IMG/VR virus record: IMGVR_UViG_3300043449_000692
Coordinates: 1-64,000 of that record
Strand: one strand, 5' to 3'
DNA from: a virus
Length of the DNA: 64,000 nucleotides
The position numbers were made by a program, and so were the translations under genes. Of this stretch, positions 28,594-37,356 are shown one piece after another. Within the stretch, counting starts at the first letter, position 1. The number at the start of each line of letters is the position of its first letter. Below the pieces are notes generated by a model that was not told where the DNA came from, searched no databases, and saw nothing but the letters and a program-made list of their open reading frames with translations.

Positions 28594-29031
28594 ATGATTA
28601 GTCCTGAACTCATTTCGTTGGTTGGTGGGTCTGCAACAGGCTTCCTGTTCCGCTTCATGGCAGAGAAGCGTCAAGACCAAAAAGAGATGTTTGAACGCCT
28701 GATTGCGGCGAACAAGCAGACAACAGAGAACCAAGACAAGGCAGCACAGCGCGTTCCCATTGATGTGGGCAAGGGTATTCGCCAACTCATCGTGCTATCG
28801 GTGCTGTTTGCCACCCTGCTGGCACCATTCATCCTTCCGTTCTTCGGTCTGCCCACATTCGTGGAAGTGGACGCAAAGAATCCCGAGGGGCTGTTTGGAT
28901 TGATCCCCGAGACTACCAAAAAGTATTTCGTTGAGATCAACGGCTTCCTGTTCACATCCGAAACTCGTCAAATCTTGGTGAGCATTGTGGGCTTCTACTT
29001 CGGTAGTGCCGCTGCTTCCAACAAGTCGTAA
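28594..29031 (+). CDS. Membrane protein, holin-like
   Basis: Hydrophobic segments and IVGFYFGS end motif; late promoter at 28553. Confidence 0.55.
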   Translation: MISPELISLVGGSATGFLFRFMAEKRQDQKEMFERLIAANKQTTENQDKAAQRVPIDVGKGIRQLIVLSVLFATLLAPFILPFFGLPTFVEVDAKNPEGLFGLIPETTKKYFVEINGFLFTSETRQILVSIVGFYFGSAAASNKS

Positions 29032-29042
29032 AGGAGCCGCAC

Positions 29043-29339
29043 ATGAACAAGATTCTACTTCTACTTGTTGCTGCGTTTGTTGCGGGTTGCGGAACAGCAC
29101 CCGAGATGCTTCCCGACAACACCACCGACAGCGTGATTATGATGAAACTAAAGCACGAGATCACGAACGGTGACAAGATCACTCAGAACTGGGGATGGAT
29201 TCTTTGGTATCTGCCTGTGCTGTTCTTGGTAGTGGCTTGGGCTTGGAAGGAATTCATCGCAAGGCGTTGCGCTGATGAAGAGGAAAAGGCTGAAGTCAAG
29301 GCAGAGCAGCCACAAGACCCGCAGCAGCCTACGCCTTAA
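29043..29339 (+). CDS. Lipoprotein with C-terminal TM (unimolecular spanin-like)
   Basis: Lipobox VAGC plus WILWYLPVLFLVVAWAW. Confidence 0.5.
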   Translation: MNKILLLLVAAFVAGCGTAPEMLPDNTTDSVIMMKLKHEITNGDKITQNWGWILWYLPVLFLVVAWAWKEFIARRCADEEEKAEVKAEQPQDPQQPTP

Positions 29340-29914
29340 TCGTCCGCCACGCGGACATCTTCAGGCAGACTCTCGTACATCTTCTTGCAGATATAGTACG
29401 AGTCAACAATATCTGAAACAGGACTCACGGACTCCTGACGCTTCGGTGTCAGGAGTCCTTTCAGATCCACTCCTGTTTCCTTCAGCCATGAATCGTACAT
29501 GGCGTTCTTGTCTGCGTTGCCCTTGCCTGTGGCGTACTTCTTCACCTCGGTGGGCGGGATGATCGTGACAGGAATGCTCAACTGATACAGTTTGTATTTG
29601 AGAATGCCAGTGTTCTCTGCGATGTGAAACACCTTGCCGCTGGCAGAGTAGGCGTATCCCTCAAGTGCCACATGAGCGCATCCCATCACGATGTCGATTG
29701 CCCAGTCAGCAATCGTTTCGTAGCGGTGCTGATCACTATCCCAATCGCTCAACCGTTCACCGAATATGTTTAGTGTGCGGATCTCGCTCTGCCGCTTGTT
29801 GTCCGTCAGGAAGTAGAACGAGCAGCCGCTGTAAGAGAATTTTCCCGTAGAGTTTGCGCGGAACAGGCACACGGCTGGACCACAGAGAGAATAATCAATT
29901 CCTGCTATCACCAT
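29336..29914 (-). CDS. RuvC-like Holliday junction resolvase
   Basis: IAGIDYS, ALEGYAY, PTEVKKYATGKGNADK, DIVDSY. Confidence 0.8.
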   Translation of the reverse strand: MVIAGIDYSLCGPAVCLFRANSTGKFSYSGCSFYFLTDNKRQSEIRTLNIFGERLSDWDSDQHRYETIADWAIDIVMGCAHVALEGYAYSASGKVFHIAENTGILKYKLYQLSIPVTIIPPTEVKKYATGKGNADKNAMYDSWLKETGVDLKGLLTPKRQESVSPVSDIVDSYYICKKMYESLPEDVRVADD

Positions 29915-29962
29915 ACCCATATTTAGGTCGGATACATAAGGATAGAAAGGAGGAATCCATCC

Positions 29963-30166
29963 ATGATTCCATCAAATGTGCAGACAGAGAATTACAATGA
30001 GACAGTCCTGATCCCCGTTCTTCAGGACAAGGTGACTACGCTGATGAACCAGACCATTCTGCTTGAAGCCAAGTTGCAGATTGCAGAGAAGCAAAAGGCT
30101 GCGATTCAGAAGCAGTTGGACGAGGCTCTACAGTCCAAGCCAACGAGCGAGCAGAACCCCGAATAA
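29963..30166 (+). CDS. Small coiled-coil protein
   Basis: AGGAGG SD, late motif at 29932. Confidence 0.7.
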   Translation: MIPSNVQTENYNETVLIPVLQDKVTTLMNQTILLEAKLQIAEKQKAAIQKQLDEALQSKPTSEQNPE

Positions 30167-30204
30167 AAAACTGCAAGCCGACAACAGGACTTTTTGCGTT
30201 CGGG

Positions 30205-30975
30205 TCAGTTGCATGGGGTAGCCTCCATTGTTTCGTTGATCCAATCACGGAAAAGATCAAGCCTGGTAGCGGAGTTCTCGAATAGGTGTCCCCTCGTAAT
30301 ACCCAATGAGGAGATGATCCCAACGAGAACTCCGCTATTGTCGTAAATTGCCCCACCCGAATCACCAAACCAGATGGTGCCGTCAAGGGGCAGTATTTTG
30401 AATACGGTGGGTTCCTCTACAAGCGTTCCGTAGTACCACAGCACGCCAGGATTGCTTCTGCGGCGTATTCCACCTCCGTAGCCTATTGCCGTCAGATCGT
30501 CCCCACGCCCCAACTGGCAGCCCTCCTGTGGCAGCGTAGCGGGTGTGGCGGGGCAAGGCGCATCCAGGTGGAGCATGGCTAGATCCACGAAAATCACCCC
30601 TGCAATTTTGTAATGTGGATGCACCGTGACGGAGCGGATCTTGAAGAATTCTCCGCCAGAGATGAACCAGTGAGGCGTTATCCCTTCGGTGCAGTGCGCG
30701 GCGGTGAGAACATGGCAATCCCCCACAAGCACACCGCTGCCGTATACCGTGCCGTCCTCCCGTGCCAAAGCACCCACGGCGGTGTCTTCGCATTCAGAAA
30801 TACGCGAGAAGCCCCGCATGAAGGCTGGCTCCACGGGGGCTTCTACTATTTCAATCTCCCCGCTCTTCGGCGGGGATGCGCTCTTCGGCGCAGTGGCGGT
30901 TATGTCCCATGCACAGGCTTGCAGCAAGACGAGTGCAAACGCCAGGAGAAGAGAATGGACTGCACCTCTCTTCAT
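30205..30975 (-). CDS. Trypsin-like (S1) serine protease with N-terminal signal/lipobox
   Basis: LTAAHC, DLAML, GDSGG triad; LLQAC. Confidence 0.85.
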   Translation of the reverse strand: MKRGAVHSLLLAFALVLLQACAWDITATAPKSASPPKSGEIEIVEAPVEPAFMRGFSRISECEDTAVGALAREDGTVYGSGVLVGDCHVLTAAHCTEGITPHWFISGGEFFKIRSVTVHPHYKIAGVIFVDLAMLHLDAPCPATPATLPQEGCQLGRGDDLTAIGYGGGIRRRSNPGVLWYYGTLVEEPTVFKILPLDGTIWFGDSGGAIYDNSGVLVGIISSLGITRGHLFENSATRLDLFRDWINETMEATPCN

Positions 30976-31020
30976 GTAAATATCTAGTGGACTTGGCGAC
31001 ACAAAAATTGACAGATTTGT

Positions 31021-31054
31021 AAAAAGAAACAACCCCCGCCGAAACGGGGGTTGT
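31021..31054 (-). terminator. Rho-independent terminator
   Basis: ACAACCCCCG/CGGGGGTTGT followed by TTCTTTTT. Confidence 0.85.
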
Positions 31055-31113
31055 CGGACGGGAGATGCGATCTCCCGTGGGGTGTGTTGCTTATCTTAAG
31101 ACAGAGGCAACAC
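31021..31113 (-). ncRNA. Putative late small RNA (two hairpins plus terminator)
   Basis: CTACATA at 31116-31122; GTGTTGC/GCAACAC and ACGGGAGAT/ATCTCCCGT stems; terminator. Confidence 0.5.
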
Positions 31114-31114
31114 T

Positions 31115-33034
31115 TTATGTAGTCAGGTCAACCACTTCGCACTTGTCGCCTGAACAAGCAAAGGTCTGCGTTCCCTTCGTGGTGTCAGACTTCTCGTACT
31201 GTGTCAGTTCACTCCAATCAATGGACTTCGGCAGTTTCGCAAGAGCGGCTTCGTACTGCTCTGCTGTGCAGTCCTGATACGGAGCCTGCTGATAGGTGTG
31301 ATCGGAGTGGGGCAGGAACGAGATGCCGCTGATCTCGTCAAAGTGCGCGTACACCCACGCACCAACCTCCATCCACTCACTCTCACGAACGGTGACCGTG
31401 ATGCTTGGCTTGTGTTCACACCAGTGACGCTGATAGGTGAGCCACAACTCAAGGTGTTCAATCGCAGTCATGTCGTTGCGCGTGACCGATCCCACAGCCT
31501 TCTGCGGGAACGAGAACACCATCGTGTGGTCGGGACGCATGACACACGGCTCCGCAGGGAATCCCTTGTCAATCATAAACTGACACATGGGATCTTTGCG
31601 GTCGGCACGAACAGTGCGGATGTAGTACTCGTTGTGACGAGCATGGATGCCGCTTGCCGCATCCGTCAACTGCGACACCGTGCCGCTTGGCTTCACACAA
31701 GTAATAGCCGCTGCGGGGTTGATGCCGATTTTCTTCGCCCACTCCTTGTTCGTAGCCACCGCGTCTGCCTTGAGTAGTTCAAGCAGCACATTGAGATTGT
31801 CGCCCTGTGTTCGCATGAAGTGGTTGTCAAGAATGCCTGTGAGAGAAACGCCAAGCAGACACTCCTCTTCGCAGTTCTTGCGCCACTCGCTGCTGAGGTA
31901 CGGGAAGTAGGTGAGCGAGGCTTGCCAAGTGCCAAGGATGGCAGCAAGACGCACCTTGCGCTTCAGCGTATCGGGAGTGTCCTCGGCACGAACAATCACC
32001 TCGGACAGATTGCAGAACTCCTTGTCGCGGAGAATGATCTCGGAGCAGGGGTTCGTGCCGAACTCGTAGGAGGCATCACGGCGATCCCCAAGTTTTTCCA
32101 CGGTCTTCTGTGCGGCTTGGCGATTGAAGATGCCGCGCTCACCGCTCTTGCTCTTGTAGAGCGACAGCCACTCCTCCATGAATGTGCCGATCTCGGGCTT
32201 CTCCTTGAAGGCTACGGAGTTGTTGGCTAACGCCCTTTGGGGGTTGTCCAACCACCACTGCCCAACCTTTGCATCACGCATCCTCTCGTCCGTGAGATTG
32301 GATAGCGAGATAAGAGCCGATCTACGGACGCCCCCGACAACGACAATCTCTGCAATCTTACAGATAATGTCGTGACATTCGATGGAGGTGAGTTTTCTGC
32401 CAGCACTCTTCTTAAAAGTGCTGACGGTAAATCGGAACAGGTCTTCAAGCGGCTGAGGTCCACTTGCTCGTCCACCGAAAGTCTTGAGGCGCGAACCAGC
32501 AGGACGAATGTTAGACAAGTCCCATCGTGGGATCTGACCTCCAATAAGTAGGGATACCAATTCTCGGTAGGCTTTTGCCCATCCTTCTTTGGAGTCCTTG
32601 ACCACAATGAGAGTATCGCTGTTCGTAAACTCTTCAGCGATTGTAGGAAGTTTTTCAACATACTGGCGCTCCACGCTAAAGCCCACACCAGTCCCGCACA
32701 TGAGAACATACAGGATCTCATCGAATGCACGAACCTTGTTGACCGCGATGTACGAGCAGTTGTAGCCAGCGGTGTTGTCGCGCTTGAGTGCTTCTCCTGC
32801 GGTCATCAGCGACCGCATGGAAGGCATTACCTCAAGGTTGAGAACCGCTTCACGGAGTTCTTCGCGGACTGCCTTATTTATCTTCACGCCCCGCTCGGTG
32901 AAATGCTCGTCAAAGAAGCGGAAGTAACGGTCAACCGTTTCTTCCCAAGACTCGCGGCGTTTCTCGGATTCAATCCAACGGCTGTAACGGGAAAGATGGA
33001 TAAAATCCTGATAGAGGGTAGGCAATCGCTTCAT
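31115..33034 (-). CDS. nrdJ: Class II (B12-dependent) ribonucleotide reductase
   Basis: PSMR, YNCS, GGVRRSA, TNPCSEI, VKPSGTVS, C-terminal ACSGDKC. Confidence 0.95.
   Translation of the reverse strand: MKRLPTLYQDFIHLSRYSRWIESEKRRESWEETVDRYFRFFDEHFTERGVKINKAVREELREAVLNLEVMPSMRSLMTAGEALKRDNTAGYNCSYIAVNKVRAFDEILYVLMCGTGVGFSVERQYVEKLPTIAEEFTNSDTLIVVKDSKEGWAKAYRELVSLLIGGQIPRWDLSNIRPAGSRLKTFGGRASGPQPLEDLFRFTVSTFKKSAGRKLTSIECHDIICKIAEIVVVGGVRRSALISLSNLTDERMRDAKVGQWWLDNPQRALANNSVAFKEKPEIGTFMEEWLSLYKSKSGERGIFNRQAAQKTVEKLGDRRDASYEFGTNPCSEIILRDKEFCNLSEVIVRAEDTPDTLKRKVRLAAILGTWQASLTYFPYLSSEWRKNCEEECLLGVSLTGILDNHFMRTQGDNLNVLLELLKADAVATNKEWAKKIGINPAAAITCVKPSGTVSQLTDAASGIHARHNEYYIRTVRADRKDPMCQFMIDKGFPAEPCVMRPDHTMVFSFPQKAVGSVTRNDMTAIEHLELWLTYQRHWCEHKPSITVTVRESEWMEVGAWVYAHFDEISGISFLPHSDHTYQQAPYQDCTAEQYEAALAKLPKSIDWSELTQYEKSDTTKGTQTFACSGDKCEVVDLTT
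32227..32661 (-). CDS. Putative overprinted +1-frame gene inside nrdJ (144 aa)
   Basis: GGAG SD 7 nt before ATG; ORF limits coincide with a rare-codon stretch of nrdJ. Confidence 0.45.
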   Translation of the reverse strand: MLKNFLQSLKSLRTAILSLWSRTPKKDGQKPTENWYPYLLEVRSHDGTCLTFVLLVRASRLSVDEQVDLSRLKTCSDLPSALLRRVLAENSPPSNVTTLSVRLQRLSLSGASVDRLLSRYPISRTRGCVMQRLGSGGWTTPKGR

Positions 33035-33080
33035 AGGTTTACTCCTGTTTTGTTGGGTAGAGTATGTAGGGTGCATCATA

Positions 33081-33107
33081 ACAAGAAGAGGGGCTTTCGC
33101 CCCTCTA
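33081..33107 (-). terminator. Hairpin/terminator upstream of the nrdJ promoter
   Basis: AGAGGGGC-GAAA-GCCCCTCT TCTTGTT. Confidence 0.65.
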
Positions 33108-33131
33108 AAGTAATCGGATGAGTATTTGGTT

Positions 33132-33347
33132 TTAGAAGTCGTTTGATGCAACTTCTTCGAAAATATCTGGACTGAAATAGGGTAGGCGTTTCCCGCACAG
33201 CAGTCCTTCCACGATGCAGCGACTAGTGTCTTGTGCAATCTCTCCGAAATAAATGAAACGATCCTCCGCCTTCATGTCGTAGTTGATCGCGTCAGCACAG
33301 GCAGGATCTTTGAGTTTTACTATGGATAGTGGTCTTGGGTTAGGCAT
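33132..33347 (-). CDS. Hypothetical protein
   Basis: AAGGAG SD, 71 aa. Confidence 0.65.
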   Translation of the reverse strand: MPNPRPLSIVKLKDPACADAINYDMKAEDRFIYFGEIAQDTSRCIVEGLLCGKRLPYFSPDIFEEVASNDF

Positions 33348-33357
33348 GAATTACTCC

Positions 33358-34215
33358 TTAAGAGAACAGTAGAATTTCACGATTGCACTGGCGGCGTATT
33401 CTTGCTCCCGCGTAATCTATCAGCAGAAGCCTCGCATTAACACTTGCGGTTCCTGCCTTGGTTACACCAAGCACAACTCCCATATAGTCTGCTGTTGCGC
33501 TGGGATAGCGAGCCACGGTGGTCGGAGCGGCGGTTCCTTCGGTGCTTGTACTACCTGAACGAATCTTGTATGTTGTGGTATAGGTTCCGTCCTGTGCAAT
33601 CTCAACACAGAGGTACAGGCGATATGTTGTGCTTGCCGAAACCGTCACTCCTGTGTCGATTCTTTCTGCTGATGCGTCTTTGGTAAAGACCACTTTCCAT
33701 GTGGTTTCGTTTGTGGTTCCGTTGACCAAAGAACTAAAGTAAACACCGTCTGCTGGCGTTGCGTTTGTTCCTGAGTTCATAAATCCGAATCGGTACTCAC
33801 CGTGAACAGGAGTGGTGTTCTCGAAAATAGTGGAGTCTGTTCTGACCAGTGCCTCGCACTCCCATTTGTTCATTACTCCTGTGTTCAGGGCAGCAGTAAT
33901 TCCAGGCAATATGGATGTGTTGGTGAGCAGAAGAGAATATCCTGTTGCGTTGTTTGTGGTTCCTGTTGAGACAGAACAAGTTCCATTTGCCGCCGTGACA
34001 CCGAAAGCCGTGAAATGGCTTGTGGTGTTGTTCTGCACCGTTCCGCCGTTTGCGTTTGCAAGATAGAAAACACCTCCTTGAGTAGGAGAGGTGGAAGATG
34101 GACCAGCAGACTGAATCAGATCCGTGAAAAATAGCGTGTCCAACTGATTCGGATTTTCCGAGTTGGATGTGCCTGGCAAGACAAACTGATTCTTTGATGT
34201 TACTCCGTATGCCAT
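33358..34215 (-). CDS. Tail-associated protein
   Basis: Thr/Gly-rich, beta-type sequence, downstream of tail fibre. Confidence 0.65.
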   Translation of the reverse strand: MAYGVTSKNQFVLPGTSNSENPNQLDTLFFTDLIQSAGPSSTSPTQGGVFYLANANGGTVQNNTTSHFTAFGVTAANGTCSVSTGTTNNATGYSLLLTNTSILPGITAALNTGVMNKWECEALVRTDSTIFENTTPVHGEYRFGFMNSGTNATPADGVYFSSLVNGTTNETTWKVVFTKDASAERIDTGVTVSASTTYRLYLCVEIAQDGTYTTTYKIRSGSTSTEGTAAPTTVARYPSATADYMGVVLGVTKAGTASVNARLLLIDYAGARIRRQCNREILLFS

Positions 34216-34224
34216 AATGTCTCC

Positions 34225-37200
34225 TTATATGATCATCCAGTTTGTGCCGTTGCTAATGAGATCCACAGCCTGATACTGAGTTGACAGCGGATATGTACTG
34301 TCGCCGTCAATGGTCTGTGAAGCCGTGCATCCAATGGTGACCACTCCTGTTCCGCTGTTCTTGATGGTATAGCGGTTGATGTTTGAAATAGCCGTGGGCA
34401 TCGTGAGAGTGAATGTTCCGCTTGTGGCGTTGTACACATAGTCCGTTCGACTAGATGCAAGTGCGGTTGTAGCACCCGTGATATTGTACACCTCTCTGGC
34501 GTACATCATGGTGTTGCTTGTAAGCGTAGTGAACGATGCGGTATATCCTGTTATCGGTGGTATTATGGCAACACTGTCTGCGAAAACGGCTACAGCCTCC
34601 GTACCGTTTGCCCACAGACGAACTGCCTGTTCATCGTTGTTTACTTCTACCTCGCTGAAACCGCTGTTTCCGAAATAGATTGTTTCTCCAGGAGTGGTGT
34701 ATATTCTGTTTGCTGGATTTAGGAACACACTACCCGTGAATGTGGCTCCTGCTGCACACACACCAGCAGGCGCGTTGAGCAATCCATACACCGTTGCGGA
34801 TGTCTGCGAGGTTGCACCGATCACAGCAGTGTTAGAGCCGCCACCAACAGCGTTGGCTCCGATCACAATTTCATTTATCCGATTCAGAGTTGATCCGCGA
34901 GCGTAGTAACCAATGTAAACACCACCTGTACCAGACAACATCTGATTTGATAGTATTGTTCCTGTTTCACCGTCACCCCAGAATGTTCCCGCAAACGCAC
35001 CAACCGCAGTGTTGTCGTTGCCGCTTACATTATATTGAATTGCACCCGCTCCAACGGCTGTACTGTTGTTTACTGTCGTTGCAGTAAGAGTGTTTGGACC
35101 AATCGCGGTATTGAACACACCCGAAGTGACCGCACCGAGCGCACTTGGACCAATCGCTGTGTTGGATGAGCCAGTGGTGTTCGCAAACAGTGCGCGTCTT
35201 CCCACCGCTGTGTTGGAGCCACCAGTTGTGTTTGCGGTTAGAGCAGAGTTTCCGACTCCTGTGTTGAATGTGCCGCTGTTCAGAGCCAACACATTGACTC
35301 CCAAAGCAGTATTTGATACAGCACCGCTGGTACTTCCGCGACCAACGGTCATGGTGTTCACTCTGATGTCTGCCGCAAATGTGGCTCCGCTGGCAGAAAT
35401 TCCTGCATCAAACGAGTTCAGCGCAGTGAATGTGTTTGCACCGCCAACCGTTACGCCAGTGACCGCACCTGTTAAACCATTGAACGATGTCACTACATTG
35501 GTGGGAGAGGCAGAACCTGCATAGTTGATGGTTAGAGTTTTTCCAGACAGAGATACCGAAATATCTGTCCCACCAGTGATACCAACTGTACCTGTAAGTC
35601 CATTAAGTGACTGAACTCCGATATTGGTGATAGTCACAGATCCTGTAGCACCACTGACAGAAATACCAGTACCAGCCACAGCAGCAGATACGCCTTGCAC
35701 AGCACCAGTGGCTCCGTTGAACGAAGACACCACATTCTTGGTCAGAGCAATAGTTCCTGTGTCATCAGGCACATACAGGAATTGGTCTGCCGTTAAATAT
35801 GTCTGTGCAGTAACGGTGGAAGATCCAGATAGTGTGTCACTATCATCTGTTCTTAATTTGATACCACCAATGAATGGACCAAGAAGATTTTCCTGTCCTT
35901 TCTGTACATCAACAATACCAGTTGCCGAATTCAGAACAAGATTGTCGCTTACTTGTCCAGAAAGAAATATGCTGTTTGATGCAAGAGGAGAAGCATTTGT
36001 AGTGATGCCCTTGAGAAGAATCGAATCACCTTTGTTCGTGATGCTTCGTGTACCGCTCAGGTTGATATTTCCAGTAGCCGTGAGTCCCGTGGCAAAGTTG
36101 TTGCTGCCTGCGAAGTCTGTACGGTTGTTGAAGGTGGTTCCTCCAAACACTGTTAGTGTATCAGTGCTTTGATCACCAACTTGTGTGTTGCCGACAACCT
36201 TGAAGTTTCCAGTGATGTCAATCCGTGAGGCAGTCAATCCGCCGTTGAACCGTGCGGAATCAGTTACATCCACTGTAGATGCAAATGTAACACCGCTGTT
36301 GAATGTCTGCACAGCCGTGAATGTGTTTGCCTGTGCCGCACACACTCCACCAACAGCACCCGTGAGTCCGTTGAATGATGTAACCGCACTGGTCGCTGCT
36401 GTTGAGCCGTTCACTGCGCCCATGAGTTGGGATGTGAGCGCAAGAATTCCCGAAGAGGCAGGAAGCCTATTTGTTATGGTTCCTCCTGCTAAACCAGTAA
36501 GATCATCGCTTGGACGCAGAGTCTGAATGCTGTTGTCACCGCTCGGATCAAAAGCAAACTTCACTGTGTCAGAGGCAACAGTGGTTATTGATTGATATGC
36601 TCCATATCCAGAAACGGTGGAAAATCCTACCGATGATACGGTTGACTCTGCGGTGATTCCAGATCCAGAACACAGACCGCCAATAAAATATTGTGTGGGA
36701 GTAAAGGTGTTTGCCTGTGCAGCACATACGCCCCCGACCGCACCAGTCAAACCATTGAAACTGCTTACATAGTTCACAAACGAAATCGCACCAGTGCTTC
36801 CGTTGAAAGACTGAACACCCGTATTCGTGATAGTAACTATTCCCGTTGCCCCGCTCACGGATATACCAGTGCCTGCAACAGCAGCCGACACACCTTGCAC
36901 CGCGCCTGTCCGTCCGTTGAACGAGGTCACCGCATTGGAAACACTTGAACCAGTATAGTTTACGGTGAGAGTCTGACCAGAAACCACAACGGATATATCA
37001 GTTCCACCTGTAAGTCCAACCGCACCCGTGAGTCCATTCAAAGAACCCACATATTGTGTGATGGATGTTCCTCCAGCAGTGTTTCCGTAGCACAGTCCCC
37101 CGATGTAGTTCTTGACTGCCGCAAGAGTGGGAATCTTGTAGGTGATGCCTGCCGCAATGTCCGCGCTCAAGCCGCTGATGGGTGCGCCAACCCATGCCGC

Positions 37201-37329
37201 AGTGACTCCGTAGCCCAAGCCGATATGGAAAGTATTCAGCGTGGTGTTGAACGCTGGCTCGGCAAGCGTGAGTCCCGACCCTGATGTGGGGTCGTTTTCG
37301 CCTCTGCGGAATATGATCGTGGTTCCCAT
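34225..37329 (-). CDS. Tail fibre protein
   Basis: N-terminal TIIFRRG...LAEP; V.SFNG.TGAV repeats; NTAxG..AL..NTTG beta-roll repeats. Confidence 0.85.
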   Translation of the reverse strand: MGTTIIFRRGENDPTSGSGLTLAEPAFNTTLNTFHIGLGYGVTAAWVGAPISGLSADIAAGITYKIPTLAAVKNYIGGLCYGNTAGGTSITQYVGSLNGLTGAVGLTGGTDISVVVSGQTLTVNYTGSSVSNAVTSFNGRTGAVQGVSAAVAGTGISVSGATGIVTITNTGVQSFNGSTGAISFVNYVSSFNGLTGAVGGVCAAQANTFTPTQYFIGGLCSGSGITAESTVSSVGFSTVSGYGAYQSITTVASDTVKFAFDPSGDNSIQTLRPSDDLTGLAGGTITNRLPASSGILALTSQLMGAVNGSTAATSAVTSFNGLTGAVGGVCAAQANTFTAVQTFNSGVTFASTVDVTDSARFNGGLTASRIDITGNFKVVGNTQVGDQSTDTLTVFGGTTFNNRTDFAGSNNFATGLTATGNINLSGTRSITNKGDSILLKGITTNASPLASNSIFLSGQVSDNLVLNSATGIVDVQKGQENLLGPFIGGIKLRTDDSDTLSGSSTVTAQTYLTADQFLYVPDDTGTIALTKNVVSSFNGATGAVQGVSAAVAGTGISVSGATGSVTITNIGVQSLNGLTGTVGITGGTDISVSLSGKTLTINYAGSASPTNVVTSFNGLTGAVTGVTVGGANTFTALNSFDAGISASGATFAADIRVNTMTVGRGSTSGAVSNTALGVNVLALNSGTFNTGVGNSALTANTTGGSNTAVGRRALFANTTGSSNTAIGPSALGAVTSGVFNTAIGPNTLTATTVNNSTAVGAGAIQYNVSGNDNTAVGAFAGTFWGDGETGTILSNQMLSGTGGVYIGYYARGSTLNRINEIVIGANAVGGGSNTAVIGATSQTSATVYGLLNAPAGVCAAGATFTGSVFLNPANRIYTTPGETIYFGNSGFSEVEVNNDEQAVRLWANGTEAVAVFADSVAIIPPITGYTASFTTLTSNTMMYAREVYNITGATTALASSRTDYVYNATSGTFTLTMPTAISNINRYTIKNSGTGVVTIGCTASQTIDGDSTYPLSTQYQAVDLISNGTNWMII

Positions 37330-37356
37330 GTACTCTGTTCCTCTGTATACGGGTAT

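Noticed and set aside
33081-33129. Possible third tiny RNA (CCAAATA then hairpin)
   Set aside because: Promoter motif mismatched and the unit is little more than a terminator
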